Assembly (NCBI GenBank): GCA_038212275.1
Contig: JBBQUR010000005.1
Location: forward strand, 128,001 to 192,000
DNA length: 64,000 nt
Direction: 5' to 3'
Origin: Planctomycetota bacterium
GTDB lineage: Bacteria; Planctomycetota; B15-G4
This document shows positions 31,891 through 41,715 of this stretch, piece after piece (position 1 is the stretch's first letter; each line of letters opens with the position of its first letter). The position numbers and the translations under genes were made by a program. A model generated the notes under the pieces. That model saw nothing but the letters and a program-made list of their open reading frames with translations. It had not been told where the DNA came from and made no database searches.

Positions 31891-34011
31891 ATGGGAAACC
31901 ACGGAAATCAGCTCACGCGGGGAGTCCAGGCGCTTGCCGTGCTGACCCTCCTGACCGCAGCCGGGCAGGCCTCGGCGCAGTCGCTGGCCGACCTGCAGCC
32001 CGGCCGGAACTTCACCAGCTCGGCCAACTTCGGCACGAATCGCTCGGAGAACATCGACCCGGGCGACGTGGACAACGACGGCGACATGGACGTCGGCGTG
32101 GCCAACGGCGGTGACTTCGGCAAGGAGGCCAACCGCCTCTTCATCAACCTCGGCGGCCTGCAGGGCGGCACCGTGGGCCTGTTCACCGAGGAGACAGCGA
32201 CGCGCTTCGCCGGCGTGACGCTCGACACCTCGCGCGACATCGAGTTCGTGGACGTGGACAACGACGCCGACCTCGACGTGTTCATCGCCAACCGCGGCAA
32301 CCTGGTAAACGGCGGCGAGCCCAGCCGCTTCTACACCAACCTTGGCGGACTGCAGGGCGGCACGATCGGCTTCTTCCAGGAGGACACGAACCTGCGCTGG
32401 GGCCAGCTCGTGGGCGTGCCGCTCGGCGATCAGGTGTTCGGCGGCAACGCCGGCCCCTTCCGCGAATACTCCTGCGATTGCGACTTCGCGGACCTCGATG
32501 ACGACGGCGACAGCGATCTCTTCTTCAGCAGTTACGGGCCGGCCCTCAACGGGACGCGCGAGTCGCGCATCTTCCTGAACAGCGGATCCGGCGTGTTCGA
32601 CGAGTTGTACCCGTGGGCCAACGCCGGAGCCGACATCAAGCTCCACACCTTCGACATGGATCTCGCGGACCTCGACGGCGACTTCGACATCGACATCTCG
32701 ATGTCCAGCCGCGACAGCCAGGCGCGGCAGTACATCAACAATCTGTACAACCCGCTGAGCTCATCGCCATTCCAGGACACGACGCAGTGGGCGCTGCTCA
32801 CGGGCCAACCGGGCGGCTCCGCCAGCGTGAACTACGAGACCGAGTACGCCGACGTGGACGGTGACGGCGACTTCGATCTCTGGATGCTGGACTACAACGG
32901 CAACCTCGATCGCGTCTTCCGCAACGACGGATTCACACCGGGACAGGGCGCGCATTTCACCCAGATGAACGCCTGGCTCAAGGGCGACCCGAATGTGGAC
33001 GAGAACGAAATCGACTTCATCGACTACGACGGGGATGGCGACCTCGACGCCTTCATCGCCAACTTCAGCGGCACGAATTACATGTACCAGAGCGGGCTCG
33101 CGCAGGGCCTGCACTACGACACCGTGGGCCTGTTCCACCGCACGGGCCTGGCATCCGGACTCTCGCCCAATCCGGAACTCCCGTCTACCTTCAACGGTAA
33201 CACCACGCTCGACGCCGATGTCGCCGACATCGACAACGACGGCGACGATGACCTGCTGCTGTGCAACGACGCCAACCAGCAGAACTATCTCTTCCGCAAC
33301 GTGCTCGGCGTGCCCGATACGCATGCGCCGACCTTCTACAAGCTGACTGTCGTGCCGGCCAACGTGCCGAATGGCATCCCGCAGGTCGTGCACGCACAGA
33401 TCCGCGACAACACCAGTTACTACCTGACCAGCTTCTACCCGGCCGTGCTGCACTACTCGGTGAACAACGGCCCGGACGTGGCATTGCCGATGTTCGCTCA
33501 GGGCAGCATGCAGTTCCGCGGGGTCATTCCGGCGCAGACCGACGCCACCGTCTCCTACTACATCGAGTGCGCCGACCTCGCCGGCAACATCTCGGCCTGT
33601 GCCGTGATGTGCTACGAGCAGGGCGTCGCGCCGACGCCGTGGAGCAACCTCGGCTTCGGGCTCGCGGGAATCGCGGGCGTGCCGACGCTCACCGGCACCG
33701 GCTCGCTCGTCGCGCAGTGTCCGCTGACGCTCGACCTCGCGAATGCCAGGCCCGCAGCGCTCGCCGCGCTCTTTCTGTCGATCACGTCGACACCCGTGCC
33801 CTTCAAGGGCGGCATGCTGGCTGCCTTCCCGCCGCTCTCCGGCTTCCCGCTGCTGCTCTCGACCGGCGCCGGCACGCTGTCGCTGCCCGCGACGATGCCC
33901 TCCGGCACGAGCGGCCTCGGCCTCGAGCTTTTCCTCCAGTACGCCATCGCTGACGCGGCGGCCGTCAAGGGCGTCGCGCTGAGCAATGCGCTCAAGGGCG
34001 ACGTGCCGTAG
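31891..34011 (+). CDS. Secreted FG-GAP/VCBS-repeat beta-propeller protein with C-terminal beta domain
   Basis: Signal peptide (ASA-Q); seven DxDxDGDxD-like repeats (GDVDNDGDMD, DVDNDADLD, DLDDDGDSD, DLDGDFDID, DVDGDGDFD, DYDGDGDLD, DIDNDGDDD). Confidence 0.88.
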   Translation: MGNHGNQLTRGVQALAVLTLLTAAGQASAQSLADLQPGRNFTSSANFGTNRSENIDPGDVDNDGDMDVGVANGGDFGKEANRLFINLGGLQGGTVGLFTEETATRFAGVTLDTSRDIEFVDVDNDADLDVFIANRGNLVNGGEPSRFYTNLGGLQGGTIGFFQEDTNLRWGQLVGVPLGDQVFGGNAGPFREYSCDCDFADLDDDGDSDLFFSSYGPALNGTRESRIFLNSGSGVFDELYPWANAGADIKLHTFDMDLADLDGDFDIDISMSSRDSQARQYINNLYNPLSSSPFQDTTQWALLTGQPGGSASVNYETEYADVDGDGDFDLWMLDYNGNLDRVFRNDGFTPGQGAHFTQMNAWLKGDPNVDENEIDFIDYDGDGDLDAFIANFSGTNYMYQSGLAQGLHYDTVGLFHRTGLASGLSPNPELPSTFNGNTTLDADVADIDNDGDDDLLLCNDANQQNYLFRNVLGVPDTHAPTFYKLTVVPANVPNGIPQVVHAQIRDNTSYYLTSFYPAVLHYSVNNGPDVALPMFAQGSMQFRGVIPAQTDATVSYYIECADLAGNISACAVMCYEQGVAPTPWSNLGFGLAGIAGVPTLTGTGSLVAQCPLTLDLANARPAALAALFLSITSTPVPFKGGMLAAFPPLSGFPLLLSTGAGTLSLPATMPSGTSGLGLELFLQYAIADAAAVKGVALSNALKGDVP

Positions 34012-34106
34012 CGCCCGGCGAAGCAGCAGCTCGGCCGCCGCGCAGGATCCGCTCGTGCTCTCGTGCTAGGTCGTGGAGAATCCACGACTCGCACGGGAGA
34101 CCCGAC

Positions 34107-35189
34107 ATGAAGCCGACCGAACGCCTGCACCGCCTGGGCCAGAGCCTGTGGCTCGACAACATCTCGCGCGGCCTGCTCGATGACGGCAGCCTCGCGCGCA
34201 CGATCCGGGAGCTCTCGGTGACGGGGCTCACCTCCAATCCCACCATCTTCGAGCACGCGATCCGCGGCGGGCACTACGACGCCGCCATCCGCAGGAAGGC
34301 TGCGGCGGGCCTGCAGCCCGAGCCGCTGTTCTTCGAACTCGCGCTGGAGGACATCACGCGCGCCGCCGACTTGTTCCGGCCGGTGCATGAGGCGACCTGC
34401 GGGGTGGATGGGTGGGTCTCGCTCGAGTTGTCGCCCGACCTCGCCGACGACACGCAGGCCAGCATCTCCGCGGCCTACGACCTGCACACGCGCGCCGGGC
34501 GCAGCAACGTCTTCATCAAGATCCCGGGCACACCGGCCGGCATCCCGGCCATCGAGGAATCCATCTTTGCCGGCGTGCCGGTGAACGTGACGCTGCTGTT
34601 CTCGGCCGAGCAATACCTCGCCGCGGCCGGCGCCTACCTGCGCGGCATCGAGCGGCGCCTCGCGGCCGGACTCGACCCCGACGTGCGCTCCGTGGCCTCG
34701 CTCTTCGTGAGCCGCTGGGACACGGCCGTCGCAGACAAGGTGCCCGCCGCGCTGCGCGACCGGCTGGGCATCGCGATCGCGCGCCGCACCTACCGCGTGG
34801 CGCGCGAGCTGCACGAGAGCGACCGCTGGCTGGCGCTGCTCAATGCCGGAGCGCGAGCCCAGCGCGTGCTGTGGGCCAGCACCAGCACCAAGAGTGCCAG
34901 CGCACCCGACGTCCTTTACGTGGAGGCGCTGGCCGCGCCACACACCGTGAACACGATGCCGGACAAGACGCTGGCGGCCTTCGCCGACCACGGCTGCGTG
35001 GCCGCCCTCATGCCGCGCGACGGCGGCGACGCCGAGGCCGTTCTCGAACAATTCACGAAGGCCGGCGTGGACCTGTCCGCCCTGGCCGGCAAGTTGCAGC
35101 GCGACGGCGCCGCCTCCTTCGCCAGATCGTGGAAGGACCTGCTCGCCGGCATCGCGGAGCGCAGCGCCACGCTGGGCAGCGCGCACTGA
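34107..35189 (+). CDS. tal: Transaldolase
   Basis: GQSLWLDNI, TGLTSNPTIF, VFIKIPGT, NVTLLFS, LWASTSTK, TVNTMP. Confidence 0.95.
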   Translation: MKPTERLHRLGQSLWLDNISRGLLDDGSLARTIRELSVTGLTSNPTIFEHAIRGGHYDAAIRRKAAAGLQPEPLFFELALEDITRAADLFRPVHEATCGVDGWVSLELSPDLADDTQASISAAYDLHTRAGRSNVFIKIPGTPAGIPAIEESIFAGVPVNVTLLFSAEQYLAAAGAYLRGIERRLAAGLDPDVRSVASLFVSRWDTAVADKVPAALRDRLGIAIARRTYRVARELHESDRWLALLNAGARAQRVLWASTSTKSASAPDVLYVEALAAPHTVNTMPDKTLAAFADHGCVAALMPRDGGDAEAVLEQFTKAGVDLSALAGKLQRDGAASFARSWKDLLAGIAERSATLGSAH

Positions 35190-35284
35190 GCACTGAGCGT
35201 TGAGCCCTGAGCGTTGAGCCCTGAGCCCTGAGCCGTGAGCCCTGAGCCGTGAGCCGTGAGCCGTGAGCCGCGAGCCGCGAGCCG
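35187..35284. repeat. Intergenic array of 14 heptamers (TGAGCnn x12, CGAGCCG x2), followed by degenerate GATGCGCCGC decamers to ~35345
   Basis: Counted directly: tgagcac, tgagcgt, tgagccc, tgagcgt, tgagccc, tgagccc, tgagccg, tgagccc, tgagccg x4, cgagccg x2. Confidence 0.95.
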
Positions 35285-35430
35285 CGATGCGCCGCGATGC
35301 GCCGCGACGAGATGCGCCGCGCCGCGCTGCGCCGCGCCGCGATGCGGACGGACGGGTTCGTGCGCGGCGTGCTGCCGTGAGCTAGACAGCGGCGTTTTCG
35401 AAACGACATTTTCCAAGGCAGGAGATTCGC

Positions 35431-36180
35431 GTGGGCAAGCTGGGAGGCAAGGTGGCTGTGGTGACGGGTGCATCCAAGGGCATCGGCGCGGGCATCGCGA
35501 CGGCGCTCGGCGCGGCAGGCGCCTCGGTGGTCGTGAACTACTCGTCGAGCCGTGAAGGAGCCGACTCGGTCGTCGCGGCGCTCCGCGCGGCCGGCGGCAA
35601 AGCGCTCGCCGTGAAGGGCGACGTCTCGAAGTCGGCGGATGTGCGTCAGCTCTTCGCGGAGACCATCGCGGCCTTCGGCAGCCTCGACGTGCTCGTCAAC
35701 AACGCGGGCATCTACAAGTTCGCGCCGCTCGAGGAAGTGACCGAAGCTCACTTCCACCAGCACTTCGACGTCAATGTCCTCGGTCTGCTGCTCGCGACGC
35801 AGGAGGCGTGCCGGCACTTCGGACCCGCGGGCGGCAGCGTGATCAACATCAGTTCGGTGGTGAGCCGCAACGCGATGCCCGGCAGCTCGGTCTACTCGGC
35901 GACGAAGGCCGCGGTGGATTCGATCACGCGCGTTCTCGCCGCGGAACTCGGGCCGCGCAGGATCCGCGTCAACGCCATCAACCCGGGCGGCGTGGAGACC
36001 GAAGGCACGCGCACAGGCGGCATCGTCGGCAGCGACATGGAACGCATGATGGTGTCGCAGACCCCGCTGGGTCGCCTCGGACAGCCGGAGGACATCGCCT
36101 CCGTGGCGGTCTTCCTCGCATCATCCGATGCCGGCTGGATGACCGGCGAGTCGATGCTGGTCTCCGGCGGGCTGCGCTGA
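35431..36180 (+). CDS. Classical SDR oxidoreductase (FabG/glucose 1-dehydrogenase-like)
   Basis: TGASKGIG, NNAG, NISS, YSATK, RVNAINPG; GGAG SD, GTG start. Confidence 0.93.
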   Translation: MGKLGGKVAVVTGASKGIGAGIATALGAAGASVVVNYSSSREGADSVVAALRAAGGKALAVKGDVSKSADVRQLFAETIAAFGSLDVLVNNAGIYKFAPLEEVTEAHFHQHFDVNVLGLLLATQEACRHFGPAGGSVINISSVVSRNAMPGSSVYSATKAAVDSITRVLAAELGPRRIRVNAINPGGVETEGTRTGGIVGSDMERMMVSQTPLGRLGQPEDIASVAVFLASSDAGWMTGESMLVSGGLR

Positions 36181-36244
36181 CGGAGAGCCGCCTCGCCCCC
36201 GGATCACGTCCGATGCGACGGGCTCGTCCACGCCGCCGGTGGGT

Positions 36245-38788
36245 TCAGCGCGTGCGCGGGCGCGGACGCCGCTGCGGCGCCGCGGACAGCGGGTCCTCGG
36301 GCCAGGCGTGCCGCGGATAGCGGCGTGAGAGTTCGCGCCGCGTCTGCGGATAGACGTTTGCCCAGAAGCTGGCGAGATCGTCAGTGACCTGCTCGGCCCG
36401 GCCATTGGGTGCGAGCAGGTGCAGCAGCACCTTGACCTGCCCGCCGAGCACGCGCGGCGTTTCGCGCTGGCCGAACAGCTCCTGCATGCGCACGGCCAGC
36501 ACGGGCGCGCGCGCCGGGTCGTAGTCCAGTGCGGGATGGCTGCCGCTGGCCAGGACCAGGCGCTCGGGGGCGAGGCGCTCGAGTGCGGCACGCTGCGGCG
36601 GGTCGAGCGCGTCGCGCAGGCGGGCGGCCAGCGGCACGCGCTGAAGGTCTTCGAACGAGCGACAGTCGTCGCACAGGGACGGGAGCAGCGCGCGCAGCCC
36701 GTCGTCGTCGAAGGTCGGCAGCGAAAGGTCGGGGCGCTGCGCGGCCAGCCAGCGCAGGCGCGCGAGAAAGGCCTGCACGCCGGGTTCGCGCAGCGGCAGG
36801 GCCTCGGCCAGGCGCTCGGCGGCGGCAACGGCCAGGCACTGCGCGACCTCGTCGGCACCGGGCAGCGCGGCGGGCGACTCTTCCAGTGCGAGCTCCTCGA
36901 ACAGCACGCGGCGCACGGCGGCCACGCGCAGCGTGCGTGCGTCGAAGGCCGCTTCGGTGCACGTGACGAGGCGCGAGGGATCGAGCCACTCGCGGCGCAC
37001 CGCACTGGCCATCCGCGCCAGCGCATCGCCGCCCGAGCGCGCGTCGAGGTCAAGCGCGAGAAACAGCGGCGCATCGCGCACGGCGCTGCGCGGATCGAGC
37101 GTCACGCCGCGGCCGCCGGCCATCACGGCGCGCGGACTGCCGGGTTCGCGCCGGCGACACAGGCGGTCTGGGAAGGCCGCCAGCAGCGCGCGTCCCAGGG
37201 CTTCGGCGGCCACCTCGCGCGAGCCGCCGGTCTCCTGCAGCAGATCCAGCAATTGATCGCGCGCGCGCAGGATGCCGCGTGCGCCGGCCACGTGCAGCTC
37301 GCCCAGCTCGGAGTGGCGCACGCCGCGTGTCTCGAAGTCCTCCAGCGCAGCGACGCGATCGGACACGTCGCAGGCCGAGGCATGCGTGGCGCGGCGCGCA
37401 TGCGGTGGCTGCCGGCCACGCAGGAAGGGGTCGCGCTCGGCGAGCAACGCCGCGGCAAGCGCGGCCTGCCTCGCCACGCCGAGGGCCGCGCCCTCGAGGA
37501 GCAGGCGTGCCAGGCGCGGATGCACCGGCAGGCGCGCCATCGCGCGGCCGGCCGGCGTCAGGCCGCGCACGGCGGCGTCGGTCGCGCCGAGGCGCGACAG
37601 GAGCGTCAGCGCTTCGTCCAGCGCCGCGCGCGGCGGAGCCTGCAACCACGGGAAGGCGTGCACGTCGTGCTCGCCCCAGTCGAGCAGCTGCAGCACCGGG
37701 CCGGTGAGGTCCACGCGCAGCACCTCGGGCTGCTCGGCGGCGGGGCGCGCGCGGTGTTCGAGCTCGGTCCACAGCCGCACGCAGGTGCCCGGTTCGGTGC
37801 GGCCTGCGCGACCGGCGCGCTGCTCGGCCGAGGCGCGCGAGATCGGCACCAGCTCGAGGCGGTCGAGTCCCACGGCAGGGTCGAAGGACAAGCGCCGCTG
37901 CAGCCCGCTGTCCACCACGCCCGTGACGCCCTCGACGGTGACCGAGGTCTCGGCCACGTTGGTGGACAGGATGACGCGCCGTCGCGGCCCGCGCCGCAGC
38001 GCGTCGTCCTGGCGCTCGGGTGGCAGGTCGCCGTAGAGCTCGACGAGCTGCACGTCCGCGCGCGCGGCCAGCGGCGCGAGGTCCTCGGCGCAGCGGCGGA
38101 TCTCGCCCACGCCGGGCAGGAAGACGAGCACGTCGCCGCGCGTGGCCGCCAGCGCCTCGGTGACGCCCGCAGCCACGGCGCGCGACAGCGGCTCGTCACG
38201 CTCGCTGCGGCGCCAGCGCTGCTCGATGGGGAAGAGCCGCCCCTCGCACGTGAGCACAGGTGCGTCGCCGAGGAAGGCAGGCAGCGCGGACCCGAGGTCG
38301 CTGGCGGACATGGCCAGCAACCAGAGATCGGGGCGCGCCGCCTGCACGCGCCGGAGCAGGGCCAGCGAAAGGTCGCTGTCGAGGTGCCGCTCGTGGAATT
38401 CGTCCAGCACCACGGCGCCGGCGCGCGAGAGCAACGGGTTGTCCTGCAACCTGCGCACGAGCAGGCCTTCGGTCAACACCAGCAATCGCGTGCGCGGGCC
38501 CGCGCGTCGGTCGAAGCGCACGGCGTAGCCGACCTCGTCGCCGAGCCGCACGCCGCGCTCTTCGGCGATGCGCCGGGCGGCAGCGCGCGCGGCCAGGCGC
38601 CGCGGTTGCAGCACGAGCACGTCGCGCGCCTCGCCGCCTCGCGCGGCCAGCGCATCCATCAGCGCCGGCGGCACGCGCGTCGTCTTGCCCGAGCCGGTGG
38701 GCGCACGCAGCACCGCCGCGCCATGCGCTCCCAGCGCGGCCAGCAATGCGGGCACGACGGCGTCGACGGGCAGAGGCGTGATGGGCAC
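36245..38788 (-). CDS. hrpB: ATP-dependent helicase HrpB
   Basis: APTGSGKTT, QPRRLAAR, DEFHER, STNVAETS, QRAGRAGR, C-terminal RYPRHAWPEDP. Confidence 0.95.
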   Translation of the reverse strand: MPITPLPVDAVVPALLAALGAHGAAVLRAPTGSGKTTRVPPALMDALAARGGEARDVLVLQPRRLAARAAARRIAEERGVRLGDEVGYAVRFDRRAGPRTRLLVLTEGLLVRRLQDNPLLSRAGAVVLDEFHERHLDSDLSLALLRRVQAARPDLWLLAMSASDLGSALPAFLGDAPVLTCEGRLFPIEQRWRRSERDEPLSRAVAAGVTEALAATRGDVLVFLPGVGEIRRCAEDLAPLAARADVQLVELYGDLPPERQDDALRRGPRRRVILSTNVAETSVTVEGVTGVVDSGLQRRLSFDPAVGLDRLELVPISRASAEQRAGRAGRTEPGTCVRLWTELEHRARPAAEQPEVLRVDLTGPVLQLLDWGEHDVHAFPWLQAPPRAALDEALTLLSRLGATDAAVRGLTPAGRAMARLPVHPRLARLLLEGAALGVARQAALAAALLAERDPFLRGRQPPHARRATHASACDVSDRVAALEDFETRGVRHSELGELHVAGARGILRARDQLLDLLQETGGSREVAAEALGRALLAAFPDRLCRRREPGSPRAVMAGGRGVTLDPRSAVRDAPLFLALDLDARSGGDALARMASAVRREWLDPSRLVTCTEAAFDARTLRVAAVRRVLFEELALEESPAALPGADEVAQCLAVAAAERLAEALPLREPGVQAFLARLRWLAAQRPDLSLPTFDDDGLRALLPSLCDDCRSFEDLQRVPLAARLRDALDPPQRAALERLAPERLVLASGSHPALDYDPARAPVLAVRMQELFGQRETPRVLGGQVKVLLHLLAPNGRAEQVTDDLASFWANVYPQTRRELSRRYPRHAWPEDPLSAAPQRRPRPRTR

Positions 38789-38818
38789 GCGGCGAGGATA
38801 GCGGGAGCGGGTGCGCCT

Positions 38819-39694
38819 CTAGCGAAGGCTCTCGATGAGCGCTTCACTCAGGTGCGCGTATTCCGCACCGATGGCTCCGCCTGCCTTGTGCGCAAGGGCG
38901 AGCGACTCGCTCGCTGCGGCAAGCGCGGCCTGCTTGTCGCCGAGCTTCGCGAGGATCAGCCCCTTGCGGTAGATGATCCAGAAGGCCTCGGGCTGTTCCT
39001 TGATCGCCTCGTCCATCCACGCGACGGCCTGCTTCAGGTCGAGGTCGTGCGCGTAATAGAACATTGCCGCATCGAGCCAGGGCTTTTTGCCCGTGCCTTC
39101 CATCGCCGTCCGGATCTGCGGCAGCAGCACCTTCACGACGTTGGTCTGCAGGGTGATCGGGACGCGCGTCCTGTCCCAGGTGATGTTCAGCGTGGCCGCG
39201 TCGTCGCTCACGTCCGACAACCCGATGGTCATGGTTTCCACGGCCTCCGGCAGCGCGACCGGCTTCACCTTGATGCGCACGAGATCGTTCTTCTCGTCGT
39301 AGGCATAGGAACCCCACTGGCCGTCGACCTTGTTCAGGATGACGGTCCACTCGTCCGCGCCGGGAATCGTGAACAGCGCGTACGAACCCGCCGGCACCTC
39401 GGCGCCGCCGAAGGCCACGTCGGTGCCGAAGCTGATCTTCGTCGCGGAGTTGGCGCCCGTGCGCCAGACCTCGCCGTAGGGCACGAGCCCGCCGAAGATC
39501 CTGCGGCCCTTGACGCCGGGGCGCGCATACACGACCTCGACGTCGGTCAGACCGACGCGTTCCTTCACCGTGGCGGGAGGACTGGCTTTGGGAAACTCGA
39601 GCTTGACGTCCTGGGGCGGCATCGCGCGCACCTCCGCGACGAGAAACGAACCGACGAAGGCGCAGAGCACGACGGGCAGGATGTTGATCTTCAT
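38819..39694 (-). CDS. DUF2911 family exported protein with TPR-like C-terminus
   Basis: PKASP, YARPGVKGRRIFGGLVPYGEVWRTGAN, YALFTIP, WGSYAYD. Confidence 0.88.
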   Translation of the reverse strand: MKINILPVVLCAFVGSFLVAEVRAMPPQDVKLEFPKASPPATVKERVGLTDVEVVYARPGVKGRRIFGGLVPYGEVWRTGANSATKISFGTDVAFGGAEVPAGSYALFTIPGADEWTVILNKVDGQWGSYAYDEKNDLVRIKVKPVALPEAVETMTIGLSDVSDDAATLNITWDRTRVPITLQTNVVKVLLPQIRTAMEGTGKKPWLDAAMFYYAHDLDLKQAVAWMDEAIKEQPEAFWIIYRKGLILAKLGDKQAALAAASESLALAHKAGGAIGAEYAHLSEALIESLR

Positions 39695-39727
39695 GGCCGC
39701 GAATCCTAGCGACTGCCGGGCGTGACT

Positions 39728-39772
39728 GTCACGCACCGCCGTCACGCACCGCCGTCGCGCACCGCCGTCGCG
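39728..39772. repeat. Three intergenic 13-nt direct repeats GTC(A/G)CGCACCGCC
   Basis: Read directly upstream of the DUF2911 promoter box. Confidence 0.85.
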
Positions 39773-39830
39773 CGCAGGTCAGTCCGGACGGCGCGTCACC
39801 CGTGCGTTGCGCGGGCCGCGATGGCGCCGG

Positions 39831-39860
39831 CTACCAGCCCTCTTCCTACCAGCCCTCTTC
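39831..39860. repeat. Perfect 15-nt tandem duplication CTACCAGCCCTCTTC of the phosphoesterase 3' end
   Basis: 39831-39845 is identical to 39846-39860. Confidence 0.95.
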
Positions 39861-40622
39861 CAGGCGCAGCGCCAGCGCGAAGGGCAGGCCCTGCGTCGCG
39901 CGGATCGCGCGGGCCGTGGCATCGAGGTCATAGGCGACGCGCCGGAAGCTGACCAGGCGTCCGTCGAAGAGGGCGTACGACGCGCGCACGTCGCCGTCGC
40001 GCGGCTGGCCCACCGAGCCGACGTTCACGATGCAGCGCTCGCCGCGCGTGTCGAAGCGCCCGTCGCAGGCCGCAGGCGAGGTCCACGAGAAGTCCTCGCC
40101 GATGACGCCGGGCACGTGCGTGTGGCCGATGAAGCACGGGCGGTCGATAAGCTTGAAGGCCCGGGCAAGCTTCGGCGAGTAGTCGCGGCTGCGCGGCATC
40201 TGGTCGAGCGCGTCTTCCTGGAAGAGGTACTCGTCCAGCGGCTGGGCGGGCGAGCCGTGCACGAGCACCGCGGTCGGCTGGTCGCTGCGCTCCGGCAGGC
40301 TCGCGATGAACTGCAGCAGGTCGCTCGACGACGCGGCGGCGAGGTCCAGCTGGGCGCGCGTCCAGCGGATGGCGGCCGCGGCCATGGGATTGAAGCCGGT
40401 GGGGCCCTCCAGCACGGCCTGCTCGTGATTGCCGCGAATGAAGGCGCTTGCGCGTTCGCGCAGCATCTCCAGGCACGCCACGGGTTCAGGGCCGTAGCCG
40501 ACGACGTCGCCGAGGCACCACAGCTCGTCGGCGCCCTGTGTGCGGGCGTCGTCCAGCACCGCCTCCAGGGCGTGGCGATTGCCGTGCACGTCGCTGACGA
40601 TCGCGATGAGTCCCGGTGCCAT
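39846..40622 (-). CDS. Metallophosphoesterase (YfcE/calcineurin-like)
   Basis: SDVHGN, LGDVVGYG, RGNHE, VHGSP, GHTH, NVGSVGQPRDGD. Confidence 0.92.
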   Translation of the reverse strand: MAPGLIAIVSDVHGNRHALEAVLDDARTQGADELWCLGDVVGYGPEPVACLEMLRERASAFIRGNHEQAVLEGPTGFNPMAAAAIRWTRAQLDLAAASSSDLLQFIASLPERSDQPTAVLVHGSPAQPLDEYLFQEDALDQMPRSRDYSPKLARAFKLIDRPCFIGHTHVPGVIGEDFSWTSPAACDGRFDTRGERCIVNVGSVGQPRDGDVRASYALFDGRLVSFRRVAYDLDATARAIRATQGLPFALALRLEEGW

Positions 40623-40684
40623 GCTGCGGCAGCATCCGTATGCGCCGTGCAGCGGTCAATGCGTGCGGGCGGCGGGGCGCACTC

Positions 40685-41638
40685 TCACGATGGCGTGCCG
40701 AGCAGGGCGCCCATGTATCCGCTGATCGCGGCGCCCACATCGATGCCGGTCGTCCGGCTGATTCCGGACAGGCCCGGCGAGCTGTTGACCTCGAGCACCA
40801 GGGGGGACAGGTCCTCCACGAGCAGGTCCACGGCTGCCACGTGCAGTCCGAGAGCGCGCGCCGCCCGCAGCGCCAGCGCCGTTTCCGCGGAGGTCGCCTC
40901 GATGGCCGCGGCCTGCGCTCCGTAGCCGAGGTTGCCACGGCCGATGCCCGGCGCGGGCCGACGCTCCATGGCCGCGACGACAGCCTCGCCGACGATGAAG
41001 AGCCGCCGGTCGATGCCGCCGCCGAGGAATGGCTGCACGAGCACCGGCCCGCTGCCGTCCGCGAAGGCCGCGGCCCGGCGCTCCGCCTCCGCGCGGCCGA
41101 TGCCCACCGTCACGCCGCGGCCCGAGCTGCCGGCGGCCGGCTTGACCACGAAGAGCTGGCCGGGCCGCTCGGCGCCGGGAAGCGCGCCGAGAGACGTCGG
41201 ACCGTCTCGCACCACGCAGAGCGTGGGCGGCACCGGAATGCCGGCGGCCGCGAGCGCGGCGAGGCTCGCCGCCTTGTCGTGGGCGATGCGCAGGGCGCCG
41301 GCCGGATTGAGCACGCGCGCGCCGGCGCGCTCCCAGACGTCGAGGCCGAGCAGCAGCTCGGCGGGCGTGCCCGACGGCAGGCGCGGCAGGAGCACCGTCC
41401 GCGCGAGGGCCGTCGCGGTCGCCGCGGTTCGCGCAGGTGGTGGCTGCGCCGGATGCATCCAGCGTGCGCGCAGGCCGGCGCGCGCGCAGCAGGCCAGCAG
41501 GGCGGGCACGTCGGAAACCTCGCTGGCGCGGCACAGGATGAGGCACTCGCCGCCATCGTCCCGTCCGCCGCCACCCGCAGGATCTCCCGCCTCCGGGGCG
41601 GTCGCGGAGGTGGGTTTCGGACGCGGCTCTGTCACCAC
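40685..41638 (-). CDS. RimK/LysX-family ATP-grasp ligase
   Basis: HDKA, GIPVPPT, VVKPAAGSSGRGV, VQPF, GNLGYG, AAVDLL, LEVNSSPG. Confidence 0.85.
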   Translation of the reverse strand: MVTEPRPKPTSATAPEAGDPAGGGGRDDGGECLILCRASEVSDVPALLACCARAGLRARWMHPAQPPPARTAATATALARTVLLPRLPSGTPAELLLGLDVWERAGARVLNPAGALRIAHDKAASLAALAAAGIPVPPTLCVVRDGPTSLGALPGAERPGQLFVVKPAAGSSGRGVTVGIGRAEAERRAAAFADGSGPVLVQPFLGGGIDRRLFIVGEAVVAAMERRPAPGIGRGNLGYGAQAAAIEATSAETALALRAARALGLHVAAVDLLVEDLSPLVLEVNSSPGLSGISRTTGIDVGAAISGYMGALLGTPS

Positions 41639-41715
41639 CTCATCGTGCCGTCCGCGGGGTGCGCTGCGCTATCGTCAGCACCCGACCGCATCGCTCCCGA
41701 TCCGAGGTCCGTCGC

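Noticed and set aside
31891..34011. Horizontally acquired island suggested by lower GC
   Set aside because: The lower GC is explained by Asp/Asn/Phe/Tyr-rich protein composition; third positions stay GC-rich and there are no mobility genes.
35187..35345. CRISPR array or mini-array
   Set aside because: Units are contiguous 7-10-mers with no unique spacers, and there are no cas genes.
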